DNA of 64,000 bases, taken from a virus. The translations under genes were made by a program, and so were the position numbers. Below the pieces are notes generated by a model. That model searched no databases. It was not told the DNA's origin and was given only the letters and a program-made list of their open reading frames with translations. Shown here piece after piece: positions 1 to 11,300 of this stretch. The DNA lies in IMG/VR virus record IMGVR_UViG_3300047409_000468, positions 14,962-78,961 of that record. The stretch is one strand, 5' to 3'. The first letter of the stretch is position 1, and every line of letters begins with the position of its first letter.

Positions 1-552
1 GGCATCCACAGGCCCATTAATACCGTCGCAGCGCGCTTCGTCGGTGAACTGCCAGAGACTCCACTGCGGCCACGTAGCAGTCGGCCAGCTGACTGTTTTG
101 CCGTACTGTGCCACCCACAGACTGGTATTCTCGGCAAGAATCGCACTGCGCTTGCCGCCAAGCTGTTCCTTGATTTGGTGTCCACTATAAATGGTGATTT
201 GCAAATCCGGCCGCACCTTACGAATGTAGGTGACCGCCTCCTCCAGTTCAGCCAGCGTCGTACCGCTGCACTCGTGATCGAGCACAACACGCTCGCCCGG
301 CACTGGATTGATGGTGCCCAAGTAATGATTCATCTGTCCACTCATATCACTCTCGCGCATAAAGTGGTAAGTGCTCGTCAACAGTCCAGCGTCCTTTGCC
401 GCCTTCATGCGGCTGAACAGCTTATCGTCGACATATGATGTGCCCTCAGTGGCCTTGTGGATAACGCCGATGGTGCCGCCACGCTTGACCGCCGCCCAGT
501 TGATAGGGTCTGCCTGATGGTGACTAATGTCGATGACTACAGGGTTGCTCAT
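1..552 (-). CDS. Endolysin, GH25 muramidase (3' end outside window)
   Basis: Own translation from ATG at 552: MSNPVVIDISHHQ...VIHKATEGTSYVD...TYHF...VVLDHE...LWVAQY...WSLWQFT, the GH25 DxSxxQ/KATEG/DxE/WQ motifs; open to the window edge. Confidence 0.9.
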   Translation of the reverse strand, partial: MSNPVVIDISHHQADPINWAAVKRGGTIGVIHKATEGTSYVDDKLFSRMKAAKDAGLLTSTYHFMRESDMSGQMNHYLGTINPVPGERVVLDHECSGTTLAELEEAVTYIRKVRPDLQITIYSGHQIKEQLGGKRSAILAENTSLWVAQYGKTVSWPTATWPQWSLWQFTDEARCDGINGPVDA

Positions 553-902
553 GGGTGTGCCACCTGTTTCTGTTCCTTGTCCATGCGTTGCAGGATGGTC
601 TTGATTACCTCAATGTCCGACCGGAACTCGCCAAGCGTATCCTGTAGCTGGCGTCGCAGCAGGATTGCATCAGTAGCAACTTTTTCAAGCGCTTCAATCC
701 GCACTTCGTTGAGGTCGGTCTTGTGGTCATTACGCTCCATCGACTGGGCCAACTGTACAACGGCCGCGCTGTTGCGATCGGTGTCGCGTTGCAGACCACT
801 GAGCGTATAGCCCCACGCAACGAGGCTTGCCGCGATGCCACCAAGCAGCACCAACGTCTGTAGATCAAAGTGCCACTTGCTATTGCCACCTTCAGTAGTC
901 AC
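549..902 (-). CDS. Putative holin / membrane protein with coiled coil
   Basis: One N-terminal hydrophobic helix (LVLLGGIAASLVAWGY) followed by a coiled coil; ATGA-coupled to the endolysin. Confidence 0.5.
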   Translation of the reverse strand: MTTEGGNSKWHFDLQTLVLLGGIAASLVAWGYTLSGLQRDTDRNSAAVVQLAQSMERNDHKTDLNEVRIEALEKVATDAILLRRQLQDTLGEFRSDIEVIKTILQRMDKEQKQVAHP

Positions 903-1309
903 TTCGCCTGCGTTGCAGCCTCCATACGTGACGCCACCGCCTGCGCCGCCTCCATGTGTTCCCGCGCCGTATTGACCAGACTAACCATCTTGGTCAAGTA
1001 TACGTCTGCCGAGCCAAAGGCGGCTGCACGCGCGTCCCAGATGCTGTCCAGCGCCATAGCTATGTCACTGTCCTGCACCTCTTCACCAGCCTCCAGCGCC
1101 GCCGCCACATTGGTGTTGGCCACCGCGACATGCGCCGCCAGCAACGCGGCTTTATCCTCTCCCCGGAAGACCCTATCGGCATAGGCGGCACGCACCGCAT
1201 GGTTCGGCGTATCCGGGGACTCTGTGGCCACCTTCTGCGCGGCGCGCATGGCTGCGAACGCAACCTTCTGGCAAAAGGCGAGGTCAGTTACTTTGGACAC
1301 CAGTGACAT
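899..1309 (-). CDS. Hypothetical protein (tail-fibre-associated)
   Basis: Coupled ORF in the late operon between tail fibre assembly and lysis genes. Confidence 0.55.
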   Translation of the reverse strand: MSLVSKVTDLAFCQKVAFAAMRAAQKVATESPDTPNHAVRAAYADRVFRGEDKAALLAAHVAVANTNVAAALEAGEEVQDSDIAMALDSIWDARAAAFGSADVYLTKMVSLVNTAREHMEAAQAVASRMEAATQAK

Positions 1310-1562
1310 CGAACAGATCCCCTATCGTTAGCGCGCCAAATATATCCAGTGGCGGCGTTGCTGGCGCAGGCGTGACGGGTATACTCTCCGCAACCCAGTG
1401 GTCCTCCTGCCATATAGCACGTTGGCCGGGCTCCAGGGTAGGCGGTTCCACAGTCGTCGCATAAGCAGGTATCAAATACATTCCGGGTTCCATCGGTGAC
1501 GCATCTGCCTCGTCATCCCCGGCATACTCCTTGGTTGCCCAGTTGTAGCTATAGACTCGCAT
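1284..1562 (-). CDS. Tail fibre assembly protein (Tfa-like)
   Basis: YSY...EY.G...AD.SP.EPG.YLIPAYATTVEPP...W motif, directly after the tail fibre. Confidence 0.75.
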   Translation of the reverse strand: MRVYSYNWATKEYAGDDEADASPMEPGMYLIPAYATTVEPPTLEPGQRAIWQEDHWVAESIPVTPAPATPPLDIFGALTIGDLFDVTGVQSN

Positions 1563-1571
1563 CGGGCTCTC

Positions 1572-2756
1572 CTAGTATTTGATGCACGCCAGCATCGCCA
1601 AGTTCTTTGGTCGTGTTTCAGCCCCGCCGATAGGATTCACAGTGATTGCGTGCGTATGGTTCGCGCTACTGTAGCCGGTGTTGCCCGACACCGCGACCGT
1701 GTGCGCGTGCGCGCCAGCCGTAGACGTTGGCATGGTGTCCTGCGCCGCAGCATAGTCGGTCGCTATCGGGATAGAGCCAGCGCCTATGTTGGCCAGACGT
1801 TCATTCACGGTGTGCGCATGTGAACCCGCCGAACTGGTGCTTGACGAAGAGTCAGCGAAGCTGTGGTAGTGGTCAGCGCTTATCGTGCCAGATGATGCCG
1901 TGTGACTGTGGCTGCCGAAACCATCTGCCTGCGAACTGCCCAGCGCACGCCCGGCATCGACACCGGCAGCATCATCCAATGCGCGTAGAAACTGCCCGCG
2001 CAAATCAGGAACACGGAAATTCGTGCTGCCGTCGCCCGGTGAGAATTGGCCAACCGTGCGCGCACCATCGCTGATAGCCATGTTGCTGCTGGACTGCGCA
2101 AACGTCCACAGCGCGGCGTAGCCAGTGCGACTGAGCAATGAACCATTGGCCTTGATGAATCCTTGCGGTGGCGTGATGCCGGGCACATAGACAAAACCGC
2201 CCACCGGGAAATCCGCGCTACTGCCGCTGGATGCATCACTCCAGAAATTGGTCCCGTCATAGAATATGGTGCAACCCGAACCTGGAGACAAAATCTTGTT
2301 GGCTGCGCCGTCTATTGTTTCCCCGCCAAACGGGTCAACGGTAACGACGACGTCACGCGCGACCACACGTATCCACCACCCCGGCAGCAACGAGCTCTTG
2401 GGGTCCATGGTGATTGTCTGGGCCACGGTCGTAATATTGAAGAGCGTGCCCCAGTCCGATAGATGTGCAATCACACCACCAGAACTGCGCGTTACCGCAT
2501 AGTTGCCCGCCAGCGAGTATCTATGCGTTGCAGGGTCGATGAACCCGCGCAACGCATCGCCAGCACCATCATACACAAAGTCTGACCATGGCGCGACAGC
2601 GTCACTTATCCAAGGCATGCCCGGCACCACATAGGTTGGCCGAATCGGGCCTTTGTGCGTGCTGTGCACGGCATCGCGCCAAGCGTTAAGGTCCGATGCC
2701 AGACCAGACCCGGACTTGGCCGTTGCGACGATGGTGCCAAAATTGAACTGCGTCAT
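1572..2756 (-). CDS. Tail fibre protein with tail-collar domain
   Basis: PVG...PPQGFIKANGSLLSRTGYAALW...FRVPDLRGQFLR...GRALGSSQ...HSH repeats...ETRPKNLAMLACIKY. Confidence 0.88.
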   Translation of the reverse strand: MTQFNFGTIVATAKSGSGLASDLNAWRDAVHSTHKGPIRPTYVVPGMPWISDAVAPWSDFVYDGAGDALRGFIDPATHRYSLAGNYAVTRSSGGVIAHLSDWGTLFNITTVAQTITMDPKSSLLPGWWIRVVARDVVVTVDPFGGETIDGAANKILSPGSGCTIFYDGTNFWSDASSGSSADFPVGGFVYVPGITPPQGFIKANGSLLSRTGYAALWTFAQSSSNMAISDGARTVGQFSPGDGSTNFRVPDLRGQFLRALDDAAGVDAGRALGSSQADGFGSHSHTASSGTISADHYHSFADSSSSTSSAGSHAHTVNERLANIGAGSIPIATDYAAAQDTMPTSTAGAHAHTVAVSGNTGYSSANHTHAITVNPIGGAETRPKNLAMLACIKY

Positions 2757-5700
2757 TGCACCTTACCCCAGCCTTTGGCTACCCAATCGAATACCATGGA
2801 TTTGCCGGCATTGTTCTTATCGAAGAAATTGACTTTGAACGAAGTATCTGTCTTCGTAGCTGTTGGAATCGTGTAATAATCTCCCTGCACCATGTTCTGT
2901 GGTGTAACGACAACCGCAGGCACCGCGCGGAACGCGCCATTGGGATATGTCACCACAAGGCCCGCAGCCGGTGCCGTCAAATCATTGCCCTTCTCGATGC
3001 GGTCCACCATATCTATAACTACAGACAACTGCTTGATGGCCGGTGTAGTGGATGACCGCACATCGTTAGTACTAATATCTATGGCTGGCTTGCCGGAGAG
3101 TAAAATACGAAACTGTATGGCCCACGCCACCACGTCAGTCAGTCCCAGTATCTGCCAATCTTCCCATTGATTGAGTGTAGGATTAACTTTGGTGATACGG
3201 TATTCCGGCTGCACCTTCCAATCAACCTTTTCCACCGTGTCCAACGGATCTACGGCTGCCAACGTCACCCAGTTAGACATCGCTGATTGTGGGCTATAGC
3301 CATATGCATCGATTATCGTAGACACCCGACAACTGGTCAATTCCCCTAGATTAATGCTGTTGCTGAAGTAGTAATAACCTGAAAGTTCATAGCTGGTATG
3401 TGTCGCATCGTCGGCCAGCCGTAACTCCGGCGCTATCACTTCAGTGTGATCGTGTACACCAAGAAATCCCGGATGTTCGTCTATCTGTTGGATAAAATTG
3501 ATCCCGGTCAACGTGCCGACCAGTGTATATATTGATATTTCATTCAACGAGCTAAGACCCCAAGGTTTCTTAGCCTTTATGAAGAACGTACCGACCCGCG
3601 TGCCAATCTGCACATTGGTGTTGGCCGTATTGACCAAGGTCGTAGCCGCATTCCAATCTGGCAAGGCAACAAGGTTCGATGCAAACCGTATCTCGTATGT
3701 TATGCCAACCCCCGGCACTGGATCCCAGCGCAATATCGATATATCTCCCATAGTGGAAATAAGAAAATTGTCCACATCCGGGGGAGGCGTTGTGAACTCT
3801 GTCGTAGCATGCGCGGGCGCGTATGTCCAATCGCTGTGCTGGCCGTTGTCAAAGATGCAGCGCACCCGCACGGTATAGGTACCGCTCTCCAGCTTGCGTA
3901 TTTCAGTCGTTGTTATCTGCGGCGTGACCGATGCAACCGGCTTCCAGATGCCTTCGCTGTCGCCCGCGTCCCTGTACTCGATCTGGAACAGCGTGACCCG
4001 TCCGTACGGTGGCGGTTCCCAGCTAACAGACAGAAAAGCCCAATACTGACTGCCCCCGTCGAAATACGCGCCATCAGTTACCCGGATGTTGCGTGGCGGC
4101 AATAGGAATGGGTCTATCGGCTGCGTGATGCCGTCATTATAATCCGGTATCGCACCAGTGTCGGCATCAGCTATTTCTGGTGCGTCTGCCACCATGGTCA
4201 ACCGGTGCACAAGATTTTCCTGCGGCTCGATACCTACGACCCGTAGAATCTTGCTGTCATTGGTGGCGTAGCCAATATCAAACAGATCACCCACCGCAGG
4301 CATGGGCAGTCCAGTGCCCACCAGCCCAACCACCGTAAACTCACCGACGTAACCGGGGTCTATCGTACGCTCCAGGAACGTACCGTTCGACAACCGAAAC
4401 CGCATCAAGTAATTCGTGGCACCAGCCAGCACCACATTCGTATCCATGTAGACCACTTGCGCGCTGGCATCAATCGCCACCACGCGCCCAGAGTAGAGCC
4501 CGTATTTGAACGTGTCATAGTTGACCCGTACACGATCTCCCCGGATGAGCGGCAAGGCATCCCAGCTTGTCATCAGGCTATAGACGCCGGGCCGCAGGAT
4601 GCGTTGCGCTAGGTGGAACCGCCCATGCTTCCACACGCGGTTTGTATCGGTCTGGCCGGGTACATCAAAGCCCTCCAGCAACGTGGCGTTCGCCTTGCTG
4701 TATCCATCGTTATAAACGACACGTTCATCCTCGAGCCAGCCTTTGCTCGCATTGGGGAACCGTATCCTGTAGCCATGCGGTATCGGGTCTAGGTCGCGTT
4801 GCTCTTCAAAATTCCAACTGTTGCGTGGCGTGAACAACTGCACCACGGGAACGTTCTGCTCATCCCATACGACAGACCACTTGCCATCCTTGAACACAGG
4901 CATGGCGCGGCCCGCAGCGCAGATTTCTATAAGCAGATCGAATACCGTCATAGCCTCCAAGATAACCTTATCGTAATACCAGCCTTGGTTCACGCAATAC
5001 GACCACCACGCCTGCAACGCAGGCAAATCGATCTGGCTTACCGGATATGGTCGCCTGTTGGCCTTGCAGGTCAATACGTGGCGAAACAGGTCCGGTGGCC
5101 GCCGTGAAATCGTATTGGCCACCCACGCGCTGCCGTTCCACGCCGTGACCTTAGAGCTGACGATAACGTTGTATGTGTCAACGATATTGTTAAGCCGGCC
5201 CGTGGCCTTGATGCGTATCGCAGTCACAGATATCGGTGCGTCATTGAACGTGACCGGCTCACCCGTGCGGAAACTGCGCATGGCCGTCCATATTATCTGG
5301 TCAAACTCAAGATAATGCGCATCGGTAAGCCTTTGCTGAGGGTCGGGGCCGAATTTGTGCACCTTTACTTCATATTGACCCATGGCCGGAAAATTGAACA
5401 CGACGGTGCGTCGTATCACAGCCTGCGTAGCCTTGACAAAAGCCAGCGAAGGTATGTTGATCCATGTGCTGGCACCTACCGCACGATACTGCATGTCAAT
5501 CTGTGTACCGCGATCATGGCGTTGCCCATCTGGGTCCATGGTCGTCAAGCCTTGCGGCCACGTGAAATCTAACCCTATCTGCACGCAATCTGTCGCGGTA
5601 GTCTGCGTAATGGCTGCGTCCACCTGTTTCAGTTCGATGGACAGGGGCAATTCGATAACTGAACGAGGATAAAGCGACGTTGGTGCTTCATCTATCGCAA

Positions 5701-6421
5701 AACCATAACGATGCTGGATCGTCGCCTCGGTATAGACACTGAGCGCCGTTTCTCCAATCTTACAACTGGCAGCTTCAATATCCAGCGGCCCATAACCGTT
5801 GCAGAACAGTTGCCGCAGATACTGGTCATCGCCAACGGTTTCGGTATAGGGGCTAGCCGCCAGCGGCGGCGTGATACGATGCCGCCCCAGAATCAACGGT
5901 ATAGTGCCCCATTGCAGCACTTGATTGCGCGAACCAGAAATCGAATACGATGCCTTAGCATCAGTGGCCATAGGCTGCTTGGGCGGCTTGGGCGCGAACA
6001 GCTTGGCCAGCAAGAACTTCACGCCGATGGTTATGCCCATCATCAGCAGATGGCCAAAGAACCCAAGTGAAGCAATCGCCGCGCTGAATGCACTGGCCGC
6101 CGCAGAGATGGCACCAAAGACCGCGAAGATCGGCCCCTCCGCCACCGGGCGCGCTATCACGGCTACGCTGGGTTTCGGGCGCACACGGTCCCACATGTGT
6201 TCGGGCACAAGCGTGCCGTCCTGCAAGTATATTATGAAGTTATGGCGATACTGCCGCACGTCCCCGACATCGAGCGCGTATTCCAACGCCTCGCTGATAG
6301 ACAACCCGGTTGGAACCTCGATAACTTTCCTGTCTGGCTTAAGCGGATGCGGGAATAGATAAAACCGAACCCTGTCTTCAGGCCCCAGTATCTCCCCGTC
6401 GCGTGGCTCCAGCGGCTTCAT
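2753..6421 (-). CDS. Tail tip / host-specificity protein (gpJ-like, with N-terminal gpI-like part and FN3 domain)
   Basis: 1222 aa; IPLILGRHRITPP...YLRQL..GYGPL, F.PRNSWNF, FN3-like VSWEPP..YTVRVR; follows the NlpC/P60 gene. Confidence 0.85.
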   Translation of the reverse strand: MKPLEPRDGEILGPEDRVRFYLFPHPLKPDRKVIEVPTGLSISEALEYALDVGDVRQYRHNFIIYLQDGTLVPEHMWDRVRPKPSVAVIARPVAEGPIFAVFGAISAAASAFSAAIASLGFFGHLLMMGITIGVKFLLAKLFAPKPPKQPMATDAKASYSISGSRNQVLQWGTIPLILGRHRITPPLAASPYTETVGDDQYLRQLFCNGYGPLDIEAASCKIGETALSVYTEATIQHRYGFAIDEAPTSLYPRSVIELPLSIELKQVDAAITQTTATDCVQIGLDFTWPQGLTTMDPDGQRHDRGTQIDMQYRAVGASTWINIPSLAFVKATQAVIRRTVVFNFPAMGQYEVKVHKFGPDPQQRLTDAHYLEFDQIIWTAMRSFRTGEPVTFNDAPISVTAIRIKATGRLNNIVDTYNVIVSSKVTAWNGSAWVANTISRRPPDLFRHVLTCKANRRPYPVSQIDLPALQAWWSYCVNQGWYYDKVILEAMTVFDLLIEICAAGRAMPVFKDGKWSVVWDEQNVPVVQLFTPRNSWNFEEQRDLDPIPHGYRIRFPNASKGWLEDERVVYNDGYSKANATLLEGFDVPGQTDTNRVWKHGRFHLAQRILRPGVYSLMTSWDALPLIRGDRVRVNYDTFKYGLYSGRVVAIDASAQVVYMDTNVVLAGATNYLMRFRLSNGTFLERTIDPGYVGEFTVVGLVGTGLPMPAVGDLFDIGYATNDSKILRVVGIEPQENLVHRLTMVADAPEIADADTGAIPDYNDGITQPIDPFLLPPRNIRVTDGAYFDGGSQYWAFLSVSWEPPPYGRVTLFQIEYRDAGDSEGIWKPVASVTPQITTTEIRKLESGTYTVRVRCIFDNGQHSDWTYAPAHATTEFTTPPPDVDNFLISTMGDISILRWDPVPGVGITYEIRFASNLVALPDWNAATTLVNTANTNVQIGTRVGTFFIKAKKPWGLSSLNEISIYTLVGTLTGINFIQQIDEHPGFLGVHDHTEVIAPELRLADDATHTSYELSGYYYFSNSINLGELTSCRVSTIIDAYGYSPQSAMSNWVTLAAVDPLDTVEKVDWKVQPEYRITKVNPTLNQWEDWQILGLTDVVAWAIQFRILLSGKPAIDISTNDVRSSTTPAIKQLSVVIDMVDRIEKGNDLTAPAAGLVVTYPNGAFRAVPAVVVTPQNMVQGDYYTIPTATKTDTSFKVNFFDKNNAGKSMVFDWVAKGWGKVQ

Positions 6422-6813
6422 GGTACGTAACGATAAAAGCCCTCTAGCAGGTTGCTTATCCGTAGCGAATGATAACTCTCGATAACCGCACCCGCGCCTT
6501 TCTCAATATGCAGTAACCGCCCACCCCCGACCACAACCCCGATGTGCGGCCGCCCGGCAACGTGCATCAACGCACCGTCGCCGGGCTCCGGGTCCGCCAC
6601 CTGGATCCAATAATCGGGCCTGTCGTCCACCAGCCGCCGTATGTGCAGGCGGTCCAGGGCGGTTGTGTAGTCGGCGCTGTAGGACGGCAGCTCGATGCCC
6701 AGCACATGCCTGTATACCAGCCAGAAAAGTCCCCAGCAGTCGGCCCCTGCCTCCGTGCGGCCTCCATCCAGCCACGGCACACCAACAAACTGTTCAAAGT
6801 CTCGTGGGGTCAC
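6418..6813 (-). CDS. NlpC/P60 tail assembly protein (gpK-like)
   Basis: VGVPW..GGR...GADCWGL...HIGVV....LLH catalytic Cys/His pattern. Confidence 0.9.
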   Translation of the reverse strand: MTPRDFEQFVGVPWLDGGRTEAGADCWGLFWLVYRHVLGIELPSYSADYTTALDRLHIRRLVDDRPDYWIQVADPEPGDGALMHVAGRPHIGVVVGGGRLLHIEKGAGAVIESYHSLRISNLLEGFYRYVP

Positions 6814-7319
6814 GCAAAAGCTCCAGGAAACCCTGCCGGGGTGAACAGACCGGCAGGGATGGGCTCATCCTCTGCGGCGTCCAGCCCGATATCGAAAGAA
6901 ACAACGTTAGAGTTACGGGTGAATCCGCGCAGGTCCAGCACCGGGAACGGTATCTGCACGGTATCCGGCGCAGACGCAGCCACAATGTCCAAATCGCATG
7001 TGCCACGCTGCACCATGTTGGAGCAGAAATCGTTTATTACGCCTGTCACATTCTCAACCATCAATTGCATGCGCGGCGGGCGGTCAGCGGCGTCCGTGGG
7101 CAGGCGTATGCTCAGCGGGTGGTATGCATACGTCACACCACGGCTGACTGTCCCCCAAACGAGCTCTGGCTCCGTATCGAGCAGCGCCGTATTGTCGCCA
7201 GATATATACAGCACCGTAGTCGTGTCCGGGTGCGTCAGCCTAAGCAGCATGATAGGAACTTCGTCGGACTCTTGTAAGTACAACTGAGTCCTGAAATTGA
7301 GCGATATGGTCTTGCTCAT
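6810..7319 (-). CDS. Minor tail protein (DUF1833/gpL-like)
   Basis: LLRLTHP...P...L.VENV...EPIPAGLFTPAGFPG; position between Dit and NlpC. Confidence 0.75.
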   Translation of the reverse strand: MSKTISLNFRTQLYLQESDEVPIMLLRLTHPDTTTVLYISGDNTALLDTEPELVWGTVSRGVTYAYHPLSIRLPTDAADRPPRMQLMVENVTGVINDFCSNMVQRGTCDLDIVAASAPDTVQIPFPVLDLRGFTRNSNVVSFDIGLDAAEDEPIPAGLFTPAGFPGAFA

Positions 7320-8242
7320 GTTTCAAATATCTCCAGTTCCAGGTTGACCGCCCAAGATTCCCCACCAAGGAAAACCGGCTGCGGCGGGCCGCCATTGGCC
7401 CGGAACCGTGCTATAGGATTCGCGGTATTTGGCGTAAGCATAAAGTCTGTTGCCGATTTAACTTTCTCCATTTGCGGCCCACCGATGCGAATACGCATGT
7501 CCATGAAAATGCCCGGCTTGGCCCACAACACCAGCCGAGGGATCAACCCGGTCAGTCCAGTAATCTGCGGAGTCCAGGTATTGGTATAGCGTTGCTGCGC
7601 CAATGCCAAGGTGGATAGCTGCGGCAGCACATCCACCATATGGCTCGTAGTCGATGGCACGTCATACTGTACCAGCCCGATATTCAACACGTTTGTCTTG
7701 GAGCCCGCCAGAAGCTGCATATAGAGCGACTGCGTCCACGTCTCCCCGGAAACCGCCGGGATGCTGCCACTAAAGCTGATTAGATTATAGGCCGCGCCCG
7801 TGCCGGTGCCGGCATAGTGCAGATCTACATACGGCAGGCCACTCACAGTGCCGTATTCCGCCACTTCGGCGATGATGCCGTTCTGTGTGCCGCCGCCAGA
7901 CCAGCCCGTGGGCAAGTGGCCGGGGCTGCCGGTCACCGCACCACCGGTTCCACTATTGGGCAGCCAATTGCGTCGCCAGCCGTAGCCGAACACCGGGTCC
8001 GGGAAATTGAACGGCAGCTTGCCGTCCAGTGTATCATCACGCCAGAACTGCCGCAGACGCACCAACTGGTCATGGTCCATCATCATAACGCCAGTGATGG
8101 GCCGGGGCATCGAACTGATGCGACTGCGGATCAATGCCGGGCCAAGGTCCGGTTGGGTTGCTATGCGGTTATCGCCAAAGGCGTCCGAATAACCATCCTT
8201 CTCGAACTGTTGGGGCAAACTGCTTGGCCATGCCTGCGGCAT
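7316..8242 (-). CDS. Distal tail protein with inserted carbohydrate-binding-like domain
   Basis: N-term WPSSLPQ...GPA..R...F...TL.G.LPF.FPDP and C-term ARF...P...W.V.LELE flank a ~180-aa insert (RNWLPNS...PQME). Confidence 0.7.
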   Translation of the reverse strand: MPQAWPSSLPQQFEKDGYSDAFGDNRIATQPDLGPALIRSRISSMPRPITGVMMMDHDQLVRLRQFWRDDTLDGKLPFNFPDPVFGYGWRRNWLPNSGTGGAVTGSPGHLPTGWSGGGTQNGIIAEVAEYGTVSGLPYVDLHYAGTGTGAAYNLISFSGSIPAVSGETWTQSLYMQLLAGSKTNVLNIGLVQYDVPSTTSHMVDVLPQLSTLALAQQRYTNTWTPQITGLTGLIPRLVLWAKPGIFMDMRIRIGGPQMEKVKSATDFMLTPNTANPIARFRANGGPPQPVFLGGESWAVNLELEIFET

Positions 8243-8344
8243 ATCAATATCCTAAGCGCCGAGTAGGGTGCGAATACCGAACCATAAGCACACGCGGAAT
8301 GCAGAATCGTCCACGCACGTGGTACAGAAAATACCTTGATGTTC

Positions 8345-11300
8345 TCATCTCTGCTTCATTCGATCATTGACATTGAACTTGCCGCGAATGGCGTTGTTGC
8401 TGGCCGTGCCGCGCAAATCTATGTTGGCCGCGTTCATGCGATCCACGATAACGTCCAGCGTAACGCCTTCCTTGTCCTCGGTTGCCCGCGTCTTAATACT
8501 GGCCCCGGCATAATTGTGCACGTTGACGATTGTGTTGCCCCCAAGCGATGCCTTGGCCGCCGCCACCGAAGGGAAAACCGCCTCACCCTGCTTGAGCACG
8601 GCGGGGTACTCCCCGGCAGAGAACATGTTGCCACCATGCAGGCGCGGCGCGGATAGCCACGGAGACATTGAATTAAAATAACGCGATGAGCTAGGTGACC
8701 CTACTATGCCACCAGAGTGATATAACCCGCCAACCCCACCAAGGATGTCCATGGTCGCTGCCGGGGAGATACTGGTCATCCAGTCTATGGCACCACCCGC
8801 GCCACCCTTCAAACCAGACAAAGCCGAAAACCAACTTGAGCCACCACCCTGTGGGTTGGCCATGAAGGATTGCAGCGTCTTGCCCAGATTGCTCATGCCG
8901 CCGGATAGTTCACTCAGCGAACTGGCTGTCTTGCTAGATATACCGTTCAGGTCAGTAAGCGCTTTAATCTGTTCTTCCGAACTCTTGACAACCTTGTCAG
9001 TTGTATCTGTTACCTTTTTTAGTGACTTGTTAAAGTCCTCAACATTCTTGATGGCCCCAGATTGTACATCGCTCTGTACCTCCCCACGCCGCACCTGGAA
9101 GTGCATGGCATCTGCCTTGCGCCACATGCCACCCCATTCTAGGTCATGCTTCGCAGCCAAGGCTTGCGGGTCAATACCATAGTCTCCAAAGTTGCCCTTC
9201 GCACCAACCGCCCACGGGTTTTGACGCGGATTGATATCCACCGCCGCGCCATAGGCATGTTGTGAAAGGTTGCCGGTCCCTTTTACAAATCTATCGCTGT
9301 AGCCACCTTCACCAAGACTAGTTATCGGGTAGCCAGCCTTCTTAAGGTCTGCAATCAAACCAGAAAAACGTTCCGCATATGCTGATGCAACCGTAATGTA
9401 TTGCCCGCCACCAACATCTATCTTCGTCAACGGTATGTTGCCCGTGCGCGCCGCCGTGGTACCCGCCGCCGAACCTATGATAGAGCTGACAACGCTAGAA
9501 TCTACAGCACCACCACCACCGCCACCACCGGCATTTTTAAGGAAATCGGTAAAAGTAGTATTCGCTAGGAAACCGCCACCGCCGCCACCGCCACCGCCGC
9601 CAAGGAACGCGCCTATGAGCCCGCCGCCGCTGCTCCCGCCCGTGCCCATGATGTCGTTGATAATGGTATTGATAAGGCTATCGAGCACCTTGTCAAGTGC
9701 TCGCTGTGCAGAGTCGGTCAGCGCCTTTACAAGGTTCTTGCCTAGATCGTCACCGCCCTGCACCAAGGCATCTGACAGACTGTGCAACAGGTCGCTCGCA
9801 GTGTCGCGCGCGAAGCCCTGTATTTCCTGGATGCGTGCGGTTTCACGCATGTACCCAGCTATCGGGCTATCTGTGCTGATGCCCGTGCCATGTAGCTTGC
9901 GCGCAATCGCTGCTTCCTCTTGGCTCATGTACAGCAACGAGCGCTCAAATATCAAGTCTTGTATAAGCTTCTGCTTGTTTAGTTCATCGACCAATAAACC
10001 GTATGCCTTGGTCTTTTCCTTGATATTGGCTATTTCCTTTTCGTCCATGGCAACGCCGCGCTCGGCGGCATCCCTGCGTAATTCGTCCGTCATACGGTAC
10101 TCTTCACGCAGCGCCGCCGTCTCCCCGGCAGTCTTACCAATAAGGTCGAGCTCCTCCTGTTGGGAACGTATCAAATCATCCAGGTTCTGGTGCCGTGACC
10201 GCGTGGCATCCGCCATCTCTTTATCGATGCGTGCCCGTTCAAGCCGTGCAGCCTCACCAATTTCAAAATCTGTCTGCGCGCCACCCACCTTGCCCGCACC
10301 CGCAGACGCACCCGCAGCCGCAATTTTCTCAGCATTGGTACGGGCATTCATTTGCGCAATTTGAGCGTCATTCTGCGCTTTGGTACGTTCTCGACTTATT
10401 CCTTCTTCGGCCTCTTTAAGTTGGAGAAGTATCTTGAAGTATTGTTCTGCGGCATCGATTAAAAGTTGATATGTCTGGTACTCTGCCGATCCCGCCGCAA
10501 CACCGGCTTTGGCTGCTTTATCTTTAATTCCGTCTATAAATTCCAACTTCTGGCGCTGCACATCCAGCTGCGCACCAGAAAGCTTCATCAAGCCAAATTC
10601 CTCACCCTCCTTACGCACCATATCTTCAAGTGACTTAGTCCGCTCAGTCGCAAAATCCCTTTGCTCACGCGCAATGTTCGCCTGTTCTTCCGCAACTGCA
10701 CGCATTATTGCGTGTTCTTTAGCGAGTCCAACTGCATCTTTGTTACGTTCTTCAGCAAGATCCTTTACCGCGCGTAACCGTTCTTCGTCAGTCCGTGCAT
10801 CTGCACGCGCAATCTCCAATCGCTGCATTTTATCCAGACTGGCTACCATTTCTTCAACAGTAACGCCTAGATCTGCAAATGTCTTTCGCGCCTCGTCCGT
10901 AACTTCAACAAGCTCGGCCAACCGTGCTCCAGCAAGTGGAGACGATTTACCAATCGCTAGAATTGCTTTATCGAAAGAATCCATATCCGGATTACCGGCT
11001 TTAATACTTTCAAATAAAGCCCTGATAGGTTCCTCAAATGCTTTGAATTTCTTTGCAACTTGGAAAGCTTGCCCCTGATATGAAGATCCTAACGGACCCA
11101 TTTCAGCACCACCAAAACTCAGCCAGTCATCAGAACTGGCCTCACCAAATAAAGCACCAGCCCTCCCTCTACCGGCTGCTTCTAAAAGTTGTCGTGACTG
11201 TTGTGCCTTTGCAGTCATAACTCCTTCTGATTTAGCGGCAAAATTCTCAACAGAAACGCTGGCCCCTCCATATGCTTTAGCCAAATCATTAACTGATTTT

